NCBI GenBank assembly: GCA_965541585.1
Contig: CBEUCH010000013.1
Coordinates: 48,692-112,691 of the forward strand
Length of the DNA stretch: 64,000 nucleotides
Source: an uncultured bacterium
GTDB taxonomy: Bacteria > Zixibacteria > MSB-5A5 > UBA10806
Direction: 5' to 3'
Positions 29,423 to 38,094 of this stretch are shown in pieces; within the stretch, counting starts at the first letter, position 1, and each line of letters opens with the position of its first letter. A program made the position numbers and the translations under genes. Under the pieces are notes generated by a model. It ran no database searches. It was not told where the DNA came from and saw only the letters and a list, made by a program, of their open reading frames with translations.

Positions 29423-29451
29423 TTGACAAACTTTGTGACTGGGCTTATATT
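29423..29451 (+). promoter_or_regulatory. Near-consensus sigma70 promoter upstream of the 1,406-aa gene
   Basis: TTGACA (29423-28), 17 bp spacer, TATATT (29446-51), with an AT-rich upstream region. Confidence 0.65.
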
Positions 29452-29765
29452 TATGGCGTTCGGGTTCACCGATGGTGGGCCGGGATTGTTGACAATTGCG
29501 GGGAAAGAGTATGATTCCCGCACAGTGCTTCGGCTCGGGGGATCTTCCCCACATGTATTGATAGTAGTTGACGCAAAAGACATCAGAAACATTCAGTTCT
29601 TTTAACTTTAAACCGTCTGAAAAGGAGGTGGTTCGTAGAAGCAAACCTTCGTGGATTGTTTATGGATTAAGTGTTAACGAACTTCAGGAAACCAGGAAGT
29701 ACGTAACGAATCGAAGGAAATTTTGGACTTATTAAAAACGTTTTTAAAGAGAGAGAGAAATTGAT

Positions 29766-32700
29766 ATGAGAAAACTCTTTCTGTGGACTTTCGTCCTGAC
29801 GTTGCTCTGTTGTTGGTCGTTTGCGATTGCCGACACAGGGCCGACAGGCAATTTAACATCATCTCAGGCTCCCGAAGTTCAGGCAGCTCCGAAGTCGGAC
29901 GTTGATCTGGAAGCCGCCAGGCAGCAGAAGGAAGCTCTCAGGCAGGAAATGCTCTCCGAACAGGAGCAGATTATTGCTGAGGGAATCCAGGGCAGGCAGA
30001 GCATGGGCGACATGCCGACTGCTCAGAATACGCCTGTAGTTGATCTTGCCGCGTTGGAGCTGAAGGAAGCCGCCGCGCTGGAGATGCTTGCCCAGAGGGA
30101 ATTGCATGAAACGCTGGTTGGAGATGCTTCACACATCGCCACTCTCGGCCCAAGAACGCCGGGAGAGGATCTGATCCTCGTGGAAGTGTGTCCGCTGGGC
30201 TGGACTATATTCGGTCAGGACCCCGAACCTACCGATGGTGCGTGGGCGTTCAATACCAGCGATATCGATGCCCCGGACCCAAGGCCGGACGGCTTCTACA
30301 AGGTCTACGACAACTTCTGGGGTGTCGATGAGCCGATCTGCGATCTCCACTTTTGGGGTCTCGACATGTACTTCGACGCCGGTTGGTTCGATTGCGACGA
30401 ACCGGACCCGCCATGGGATATCGAAATCATCTTCTACCCTGATGACGGTTCTGGAGCCCCGAATGTTGGCAGTCCGTCATTCACCTATACTCCGGTGATA
30501 ACCAGAACTCTCACCGGTGAGTTCTACGCCGGCTTATACGAAATGAACCGCTACGACTGTATACTCGATCCCTGTTTCGACTTATTGACAGACGGTTGGC
30601 TATCTATCCAAGGCACCGACCTCGACGGTTCTCCTCAGAATTGCTGGTTTATGTGGGCCAATAACCGGAATGGCGACGGCAGTGCCTACCAGCAGCAGAC
30701 AACGGATCCCAACGTTCTGACTCAGTTGGGTATGGACCAGGCCTTCTGCCTGACCAGGGCGGAATATCAGCCGGTCACCGGCGCCTGCTGTGACGATGAA
30801 ACGGGTGTCTGTAATGACGATGTCGATGTATCTGATTGCCCGCCGCCGTTGCGCTTTGCAGAGGGTACGCTGTGCGCGGATCTGGATCCGCAATGCGGTG
30901 ATACCGGCCCGCCGAATGACGACTGCGCCGATGCCATAGAGATCGGCGAAGTGGTAGACCTGCCATTCGACAATATCGATGCTACCACCGACGGCCCTGA
31001 TGAGCCTGTCGATTGCTCATGGTTCGGCTACACCCATATAGATTCCGATGTCTGGTATCGCTACACGGCTTCCTGTGACGCTGACGTCACGGTCAGCCTG
31101 TGTGGATCCGCTTACGATACGAAGATTGCGGTTTACACCGACCAGGAATGTCCTCCTCAGCCCGGTCCGATCACCTGCAACGATGACGATTGCGGGCTGC
31201 AGTCGCAGGTTACTTTCGCGGCTTCGGCGGGCACGGCCTACCTGGTTCGTATCGGCGGCTACGAGGGCGCCCAGGGAGCAGGAATCTTGAACATTTCCTG
31301 CGATATTCCTGATCCTTGCGAGAATGCGATCTGGCATAACGGCAACCCGCTCGGTGGCGCTAGCGCCTCTCAGTGCGCTTATGACTATCCGTTCGCGGCT
31401 GCAGTAGCCGACGACTTCATATTGGAAGGCGCCGAGCCGATCACCATCAATCAGGTTGTGGCCTGGATATGGGGCTGGAATGCCGCTTTTCCGACTCCTG
31501 CTGATTATGATGGCGTCAACGTTACCATATACAACCATGACCCGGTGAACAACTGGCCCGGCGGCAATCCGATCGACGGCGATCCCGATTGCGGCCATAC
31601 AGGCGATATCGTCGCTACTCAGTATGTTCCTGCCGGTAGCTTCTCTTACACCGATGCCGGACATCCGATGTACAGGCTCGATATCCCTGTCTGCATAGAG
31701 GTCGAGCCGAATACCATACTCTGGCTGGAAGTTCAGCCGGTAGTGGCGTTCGGTGTGGGCGGACAGACCGGAATGGTCCCATCTGATATTCAGCAGGGAT
31801 TCTTCGGACACCAGGTCTTCGAGCTGCTCGGAACTCCGCCATGGGAGGCGCAGGATACCGATTACGCGTTCTGCCTGTTAGCGGGCGAATGCGAGGTAGT
31901 CTGTCCGGAAGACGAGATCACGGTCGACATCTTTACCGATTCTTATGGCAGCGAGACCACCTGGGAAATAGTCGACCAGGCTACTCAGGAAGTTGTCTGC
32001 TCCGGTGGACCTTACACCGGTCAGAATAACGAGCAGATTAGCGAGACCTGCTGCGTTTCCGCCGACGGCTGCTACGATTTCACCATCTATGACCTATACG
32101 GCGACGGCATCTGCTGCCTCTACGGCGACGGTCACTACGAAGTGTACCTCAACGGTGTGTTGCAGGGAGAAGGCGGCGAGTTCGAGTATGAGGAATCCAT
32201 CCTCGGTATCGGTAACGGATGCGCCCCTTGCATTGTGGACTGCCCCGAACCGAGCACACCCGAAGGCGAGCCTGATTGCGGGCCTGAATATGTGGACGTA
32301 ACCAACGGCGGTTGTAACTCCGAGCCCCCTGTGTTCGGATCGATCTCCTGCGGCGAGACCATTTGTGGTACGGCCGGCGTCTTCCCGTCAGGTGAAAACA
32401 CCTATCGTGACACCGACTGGTACACACTCATACTGGACAACCCGACACGGGTGACCATTACCGCTATGGCCGAGTTCGAGATACAAGTTCTGATGTTAAC
32501 TCCGGCCGATCCGCCCGAGCCATGCCCATCATCAAGTTCAGGGCTGCCGTCGGGAACAGCGGAAGAATGCGTAGAGCTCGTCCTTGTCGGCGATGTCGAC
32601 GCTGGAACTTACTATATCTGGGCCGGTACCGCGGATTGGAACACCGAATGGGAGTGCGGTAGCGTTTACTACCTAACCGTGGAATGCTCGGAACCTCCAT

Positions 32701-33986
32701 TAGGCGCCTGCTGTAATGCGGACTTAGAGTGCATCGGTGACTTGAACGTCTTCGAATGCTCTGCGCAGGGTGGCGGCTGGTTCGAAGGTGAAACATGCGC
32801 CGATTTCGAATGCGTCCTCTTTGAGCAGGTTTGCGCAGCGGAAACCGGCAATATGAAAGAATGCGATGTTTCCAACTACGGCGCCTTAGGTGATTTCGAC
32901 AATGGTGGCCTGAGCTATGACTGGAACGAAACCGGCGATGCCAACTACGGTGGTACTTTCATGCTTGGTAACTCGGCTACGACAATGCTGCTGAAATACG
33001 GCACCGGTGTGGACAACAATCCGTTCATTCCGGCCGGCTTCCTCAACTGTCTTGACACATACCATCCGAGTGCCGCGTACGATGATGGCGGCGTCTACAA
33101 TGGCCTGCGCGTTGATTACGCTGGCTGCGGATTCTTACCGCCTGAGGAAGAGGATATCTTCATTCACGAGTTCGTGATCACCAACACTTCAGGCACTGAC
33201 ATCAACGGCCTGTATGCGGCCGTCTTCTTCGATTGGGACATCGGAGCCGGCGCCGCAGACACTGTGGAGTTCGACGCAGCTAACAACCTTCTCATTCAAT
33301 ATCCACGTCCTCCGGGGGAAGGCACGTATTACGGCATAAGCCTTCTGACAGAGTCGTTCAACACCCTTATGATCGTTTCGCAGCCCAATTACAGTTGGCC
33401 TCAATCCGGCTGGCACGGGGAATCGCTGTATACCTATATGAGCATGGGTGGTACTCAGTATCCTTTTGACCCGCCTGAGCAAGATATGGGTTCGCTTGTC
33501 AGCCTGGGTCCGTTCGACCTGACTGCTGCCGGAGCGACACAGTCCAAGACGGTGGCATTCGCCATTATCGGCGGTGCTTCTGCGGCGGACGTTTCCGATA
33601 GAGCGGCCCTGGCGCCTACTCTATACCCATGCCTGGAAGGCGACTGCGTCTACGTGCCTGGTGACAGTGACGAAAACGACACTGCGCGTGAGCTTACGGA
33701 CGTTGTCAAGATGATCGCGTACTATAGAGGCTTTGATACGCCTGGATATGTCTGCTATTGCACGGAGGATCTCCCTGAGTATAAGCCTTCGGCCGATGTG
33801 GACGGAAACTGCGTTAGCTTTGAGCTTACCGACGTCGTCAAGTCGATCGCGGCCTACAGAGGCCCCGAACCGCTTGCCGGCTGTCCGGATTGCCCTGGTT
33901 CGCGCTTAGGTGCTCCGGGAGAAGGAACGCTCATAGTACCGTCATTAAAGTCAAAAGCCAAGATTAACCAGAGGTTTGGGGATTAA
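29766..33986 (+). CDS. Large secreted Cys/Asp-rich mosaic surface protein with C-terminal Cys-rich dockerin variant
   Basis: Signal peptide; GACC modules; PPNDDCADA domain; ADDF-type domain; TDSYGSETTW...YGDG module; terminal GDSDENDTARELTD / ADVDGNCVSFELTD. No catalytic motif recognised. Confidence 0.85.
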   Translation: MRKLFLWTFVLTLLCCWSFAIADTGPTGNLTSSQAPEVQAAPKSDVDLEAARQQKEALRQEMLSEQEQIIAEGIQGRQSMGDMPTAQNTPVVDLAALELKEAAALEMLAQRELHETLVGDASHIATLGPRTPGEDLILVEVCPLGWTIFGQDPEPTDGAWAFNTSDIDAPDPRPDGFYKVYDNFWGVDEPICDLHFWGLDMYFDAGWFDCDEPDPPWDIEIIFYPDDGSGAPNVGSPSFTYTPVITRTLTGEFYAGLYEMNRYDCILDPCFDLLTDGWLSIQGTDLDGSPQNCWFMWANNRNGDGSAYQQQTTDPNVLTQLGMDQAFCLTRAEYQPVTGACCDDETGVCNDDVDVSDCPPPLRFAEGTLCADLDPQCGDTGPPNDDCADAIEIGEVVDLPFDNIDATTDGPDEPVDCSWFGYTHIDSDVWYRYTASCDADVTVSLCGSAYDTKIAVYTDQECPPQPGPITCNDDDCGLQSQVTFAASAGTAYLVRIGGYEGAQGAGILNISCDIPDPCENAIWHNGNPLGGASASQCAYDYPFAAAVADDFILEGAEPITINQVVAWIWGWNAAFPTPADYDGVNVTIYNHDPVNNWPGGNPIDGDPDCGHTGDIVATQYVPAGSFSYTDAGHPMYRLDIPVCIEVEPNTILWLEVQPVVAFGVGGQTGMVPSDIQQGFFGHQVFELLGTPPWEAQDTDYAFCLLAGECEVVCPEDEITVDIFTDSYGSETTWEIVDQATQEVVCSGGPYTGQNNEQISETCCVSADGCYDFTIYDLYGDGICCLYGDGHYEVYLNGVLQGEGGEFEYEESILGIGNGCAPCIVDCPEPSTPEGEPDCGPEYVDVTNGGCNSEPPVFGSISCGETICGTAGVFPSGENTYRDTDWYTLILDNPTRVTITAMAEFEIQVLMLTPADPPEPCPSSSSGLPSGTAEECVELVLVGDVDAGTYYIWAGTADWNTEWECGSVYYLTVECSEPPLGACCNADLECIGDLNVFECSAQGGGWFEGETCADFECVLFEQVCAAETGNMKECDVSNYGALGDFDNGGLSYDWNETGDANYGGTFMLGNSATTMLLKYGTGVDNNPFIPAGFLNCLDTYHPSAAYDDGGVYNGLRVDYAGCGFLPPEEEDIFIHEFVITNTSGTDINGLYAAVFFDWDIGAGAADTVEFDAANNLLIQYPRPPGEGTYYGISLLTESFNTLMIVSQPNYSWPQSGWHGESLYTYMSMGGTQYPFDPPEQDMGSLVSLGPFDLTAAGATQSKTVAFAIIGGASAADVSDRAALAPTLYPCLEGDCVYVPGDSDENDTARELTDVVKMIAYYRGFDTPGYVCYCTEDLPEYKPSADVDGNCVSFELTDVVKSIAAYRGPEPLAGCPDCPGSRLGAPGEGTLIVPSLKSKAKINQRFGD

Positions 33987-34050
33987 GTAATCCGTTGACA
34001 TACTGAGTTAGTCTCGACTTGAGGCTACAGTCCTACTGATCTGTAGGACG

Positions 34051-34085
34051 AGAATCGGGGTCTTCAAAGACCCCGATTCTTTTTT
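34051..34085 (+). terminator. Intrinsic terminator
   Basis: Perfect inverted repeat agaatcggggtctt-ca-aagaccccgattct followed by a T-run, preceded by two smaller hairpins. Confidence 0.85.
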
Positions 34086-34265
34086 GATATCTGAAATCAC
34101 CATGCCAATCTGGCAGTATGGTGACAGGCAAATGACCTGACTGCATTTTTAATCTATTATATTACAAGAAGTTATAGTTTTTTAATTGACTTTTGTCAGT
34201 AATTCTGTTAATATAATAGTCTATTTTATGGATCGATTTCTTAGACTGCCAAAGCTTTAGGGGAT

Positions 34266-36434
34266 ATGATGTTAGGAGTAATTGATAACAAATTCGTGAT
34301 AGGCCGGGACGAGTTTTTCCCGTTTTCGGCGGAGATGCACTATTTCCGGGTGGAGAAGCGCTATTGGTCGATCTGCTTCGAGAGGATCAAGAAAGCCGGA
34401 TTCAAAATCATATCGACATACATTCCCTGGAATCTTCATGAGCAGAAACCCGGGGAATTCGATTTCAGAGGCTACACCGGTCCGGAGAAGGATCTGATCG
34501 TATTTCTGGAACTCTCCCGGGAGTTTGGATTTAAGGTCATTCTGAAGCCGGGGCCGTGGATTAAGGCCGAATGGAATAACGGCGGGCTTCCAAAATATCT
34601 TTTTTTTGATGAGGCGATTGTGGCCCGGGATAATCAGGGAGAGTTGGTCTCTGCCGACAACGGTCCGGGTATCGCGGACAGTTATCAGCCGAGTTACCTG
34701 CACCCCAAATATCTCGGCCACGTGAAGAGGTATCTGGGGGGGCTTATAGACGTCATACAGAATTACATATTTCCCAAAGGGCCTGTATTCATCATCCAGA
34801 TTGACGATGAATTGAGCTTCGGGGGCAATCTCCAACCGCTGGCCGCCGACTACAATAACCTTATCATAACGGAGAGTTACCATTCTTTTCTGGAGGAGAA
34901 ATATCAGAATCCCAGGAGCATTCCGCCGGCGTATGGGAAGAAAATAAGACGCTTTCCGGGTATCGAGCCTCCCTTATCCATCGAGGCGAAAAAACCTGAG
35001 GACCTGGTTAAATATTTCGACTGGATAGAATTCAAAAGTTCACTTCTGGCCGGTTATGTGGAGAATATAAGGGAAAGGCTGGAGGCCCTGGGAGTGGGAT
35101 GCTTTTTCTCGGTCAATGTGCCCTGGACCAATGATTTCGGACTGCCATTGTTCATGGACTCGATGCTCGGGGAAAAGACGATTCTGGGCATGCCCGTTCC
35201 CGATCCCAGCGACTATTGCAGATTGGGGCGGAATATTCGTTACCTGGATAGCAAGACAGGTTTCTGCTGGACGCCAAATCTCTACGGCGGAGCCCCCACA
35301 GACGGGGATGGCGTTCTCGAAGAGCGAGCTTTTGCCGTAAATCCACGTTACCACCGCTACTTGATTGTCAGCGCGCTGGCGGCCGGCCTGAAGGGGATGA
35401 ACCACTATATGTTTGTGGGTCGCGATCACTGGCACGGTTCACCGCTCGGTTCCGACGGCACCGTCAACGAAAATTACGATACTATCAGAAAGATGAACAC
35501 CGCCCTGGAGCATATCGGTATCAACACCGCAAAATCGGTTTCGAGGATAGGGATAGCCTATCATAAGCCGTATCTCATCCAGCACCACCTGGGCATTAAG
35601 GAACAATTCCCATATGTTCTCGATCTGGTATCGCAGAGTCTCAATCCCTTAGGGCAGGATTTCATGAATCTCAAATTCGATTACTCCGTCGTCGACATCG
35701 ATTCTGAGAATTCATTAGACGAAAAGGACCTTTATTTCGTACCGACGGCGGAATATATGGCCGAGGCGGCTCAGAATAATGTCGCGAAAGCTATAAAACG
35801 TGGCAGGTGCGTGGTGCTGTTCGGACTGATGCCGAAATACAACGAACATTTCAAGGCCTGCCGGATTCTCTCGAGGGCCGTGGGATTGAATACCGCTTTC
35901 GATTGGCAACCGTGCAATATCGTCTGGGACAAAACCGAGATTCGGGCCATTAGATATGGCTATATATCATCGAAGGGATCAGGTAAAGTGCTGGCGAAAA
36001 GCGGCGCCAAGGTAACGGGTATTTATAAGAAAGTGGGCAAAGGATCGGTTTATCTCTTTACTTTCGATATTTCGCCTAAATACGATCCGGTCAGATTGAA
36101 TCTGTTGCGGTCATTGTTCAAAGCCCAGAAGATCACCTCGCCGGTGGCGACGTCCGATCCCAAGGTCGATCTCATAGCACAGGTGAACGATAATGGTGTA
36201 ATCCTCTACCTGATCAACACCGATATCACGTTTACCTCTCCCGGCAGCGATTTTAAGAAGAAGATAGTGGCCTCGGTGGATCTCCATGCACTGGGGATAA
36301 AGCAGGCCAAAATTAAGATGTACGACGTCCTGGACGACGAGATCTTGAACTTCACCTCCAGAGAATTGAGGGAGGGCGTGGTCTTCCCGATCGGTTTCCG
36401 CGAGGCTAAGATATTTTACGTACCGAAGAAGTAG
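34266..36434 (+). CDS. GH35-like beta-galactosidase family protein (cytoplasmic)
   Basis: EMHYFRV...W...KKAGF..ISTYIPWNLHE..PGEFDF, KPGPWIKAEW..GGLP, GPVFIIQIDDE, NHYMFVG. C-terminal GATase-like trimerisation region. Confidence 0.8.
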   Translation: MMLGVIDNKFVIGRDEFFPFSAEMHYFRVEKRYWSICFERIKKAGFKIISTYIPWNLHEQKPGEFDFRGYTGPEKDLIVFLELSREFGFKVILKPGPWIKAEWNNGGLPKYLFFDEAIVARDNQGELVSADNGPGIADSYQPSYLHPKYLGHVKRYLGGLIDVIQNYIFPKGPVFIIQIDDELSFGGNLQPLAADYNNLIITESYHSFLEEKYQNPRSIPPAYGKKIRRFPGIEPPLSIEAKKPEDLVKYFDWIEFKSSLLAGYVENIRERLEALGVGCFFSVNVPWTNDFGLPLFMDSMLGEKTILGMPVPDPSDYCRLGRNIRYLDSKTGFCWTPNLYGGAPTDGDGVLEERAFAVNPRYHRYLIVSALAAGLKGMNHYMFVGRDHWHGSPLGSDGTVNENYDTIRKMNTALEHIGINTAKSVSRIGIAYHKPYLIQHHLGIKEQFPYVLDLVSQSLNPLGQDFMNLKFDYSVVDIDSENSLDEKDLYFVPTAEYMAEAAQNNVAKAIKRGRCVVLFGLMPKYNEHFKACRILSRAVGLNTAFDWQPCNIVWDKTEIRAIRYGYISSKGSGKVLAKSGAKVTGIYKKVGKGSVYLFTFDISPKYDPVRLNLLRSLFKAQKITSPVATSDPKVDLIAQVNDNGVILYLINTDITFTSPGSDFKKKIVASVDLHALGIKQAKIKMYDVLDDEILNFTSRELREGVVFPIGFREAKIFYVPKK

Positions 36435-36542
36435 GGCGGGAGCCCTGCGCTCCCGACAACCTGTTTAACGTGCGGTAAGGTGGCCTCACCTGACCGCCCT
36501 TTAGGTTGCTGCAAGTAGCTGTCGGATCAGGCGACCCAACAA
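36431..36542. repeat. Cluster of REP-like palindromes between convergent genes
   Basis: GTAGGGCGGGAGC-cctgc-GCTCCCG; GCGGTAAGGTG-gcct-CACCTGACCGC; TGTCGGATC...ACCCAACA. Confidence 0.55.
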
Positions 36543-36586
36543 CACAGAAATCCAGCCATTGATGAAGACAATCTCTATTGTTGAAA

Positions 36587-37183
36587 TTATTTGCGAAAAT
36601 GGACCAAAAGCAAGTAGAGAAGTGTAGACACTAATACTAAGGCAAACAATGCAAGATTAACAAATATCAGAATGGAATCCCATGACGAGTTGGAGAGTTC
36701 GCTAATGATCTTAACAGTGGTCAGAGATAGCAGCATAATGGGGAAAACCAGTCTATATATCTGTGTCACGAATTTCAAGAAAAGAGGATAGTTCTTTTTG
36801 TATGCATAACCTTCTCTCGTATATACACCACTTGTGAAGTGAGTCGATAACTCATCCTCCAACGAATGGATGTATTTGTACTGACGCTCAATGTAAGCAG
36901 TCGCCTGATAATACGCCACCACAAGGGCGAGTAACCCGAACCAGATAATGCTGGTCACAAATGACATGTTAAGTGTGGCGTCTGTTCCAATCTTATCCTT
37001 TATAAGTTCTGATATCGCTTGGCCAAATTCTATTGGAGAGAACAGTTGAAATGCCATAATCGAGAGCAGAATTAGAATATAAACAAGGAGCCTACCCCTT
37101 TGCTTCCTATGATTCTCAAGATGACTGAAGCTGTCCTTATAGTGGTCGTGGAGAATTTGAATCTTAGTGTTTTCGTCCGGCAT
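36587..37183 (-). CDS. 4-TM membrane protein, putative defence effector
   Basis: Four hydrophobic segments with polar helical linkers (HYKDSF...R..R; YIHSLEDEL). AT-rich. Starts 14 bp downstream of the TIR gene. Confidence 0.75.
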   Translation of the reverse strand: MPDENTKIQILHDHYKDSFSHLENHRKQRGRLLVYILILLSIMAFQLFSPIEFGQAISELIKDKIGTDATLNMSFVTSIIWFGLLALVVAYYQATAYIERQYKYIHSLEDELSTHFTSGVYTREGYAYKKNYPLFLKFVTQIYRLVFPIMLLSLTTVKIISELSNSSWDSILIFVNLALFALVLVSTLLYLLLVHFRK

Positions 37184-37197
37184 CTTAAGTAGTAAGG

Positions 37198-38082
37198 TTA
37201 TCCGGCCTCAAGTAGAGCTTGTATTATCTGGTCCTGCTTGAAGCTCATAGCCAATGAAGCATTTGCTCCGATCAACGCGTACGGAGACGTATAGCTGCGA
37301 TCGATCTTAACGGCAAGAAGTTTCTTCTTGAGTTCCTTACTCTTAGCCACTTCGAAGTTTATCCAATTTCTAAAGCCGATAAGCTTATGGTCTTTATGTA
37401 ATTTGTTTGCCTCCTTTCCGACGATAACGAGGGTATGAGTGGCCGATGCTATCTTAAGAGTTAGTGCTGCCTTAACACGTCCTACATTGTTGCTGTTGAT
37501 CTCTCGAGGAGTAGCGTCAAAGAAAACGAAATGGAAGTGAGGATTATTATTCCAAGCTTCCAGCATGAACTTATACTGCTTATCATTGTCATAATCGAAA
37601 CTAACAAACACTTTCTTGTTGGGCAACCGTAAGCCCAAAGGCCGGGGACGAAGTGGCGCGGTAGTTTTGATCGGAGACAGTTTTCGAGGACCTTGTTTTA
37701 ACCTGCTTACTAACGGCCGCCCGTAGGGTTTGGGAGCCAATGGCTTGGGACGGGAGGCACCCAATAAGTGTGCCATAAATTCTGGTCTTTTGGGAGCGGC
37801 TAACTTAGGATGCGGGGGACCTATTAAGTGTGCTAATAGATCTGGTTTTTTGGGAGCGGCTAGCTTAGGATGCGGGGGACCTATTAAGTGCGCTAATAGA
37901 TCTGGTTTTTTGGGAGCTATTGGTTTAGGATAGCGGGCACCCAATAAATGCCCTATAAGATCCGGGTTTGTTGGAGAAACTCGTTTAGGAGAAGGAACTC
38001 CTAATATTTGCGCCATGAGATCCGGGGATGCAGGAGCCCCATTCAGTCTGCCATAACGCCTTGGATCATTGAAATCCTTCAT
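37198..38082 (-). CDS. TIR-domain protein (MTH538/DUF1863, ThsB-like) with N-terminal Pro-rich repeats
   Basis: KKVFVSFDYDND...KIASATHTLVIVG...NWINFEVAKS...LLAVKID, with the catalytic-type Glu in WINFE. SD GAGGGGG overlaps the nrdJ stop. Confidence 0.85.
   Translation of the reverse strand: MKDFNDPRRYGRLNGAPASPDLMAQILGVPSPKRVSPTNPDLIGHLLGARYPKPIAPKKPDLLAHLIGPPHPKLAAPKKPDLLAHLIGPPHPKLAAPKRPEFMAHLLGASRPKPLAPKPYGRPLVSRLKQGPRKLSPIKTTAPLRPRPLGLRLPNKKVFVSFDYDNDKQYKFMLEAWNNNPHFHFVFFDATPREINSNNVGRVKAALTLKIASATHTLVIVGKEANKLHKDHKLIGFRNWINFEVAKSKELKKKLLAVKIDRSYTSPYALIGANASLAMSFKQDQIIQALLEAG
37726..38025 (-). repeat. Five 60-bp coding repeats (consensus PDLLAHLIGPPHPKLAAPKK)
   Basis: A 60-bp period is visible directly. 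Units 3 and 4 are nearly identical. Confidence 0.9.
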
Positions 38083-38094
38083 TCAAATCCCCCC

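Noticed and set aside
29329..29644. Short ORFs in the 29.0-29.8 kb intergenic region
   Set aside because: They overlap the promoter and leader and lack SD or coding features.
29560..29660. c-di-GMP-I riboswitch (GACGCAAAAG)
   Set aside because: The upstream GGCAAAC/GNRA stem and the downstream receptor stem are not evident.
37726..38025. 60-bp periodic repeats as a CRISPR array
   Set aside because: No constant repeat with unique spacers, the period is in-frame coding, and there are no cas genes.
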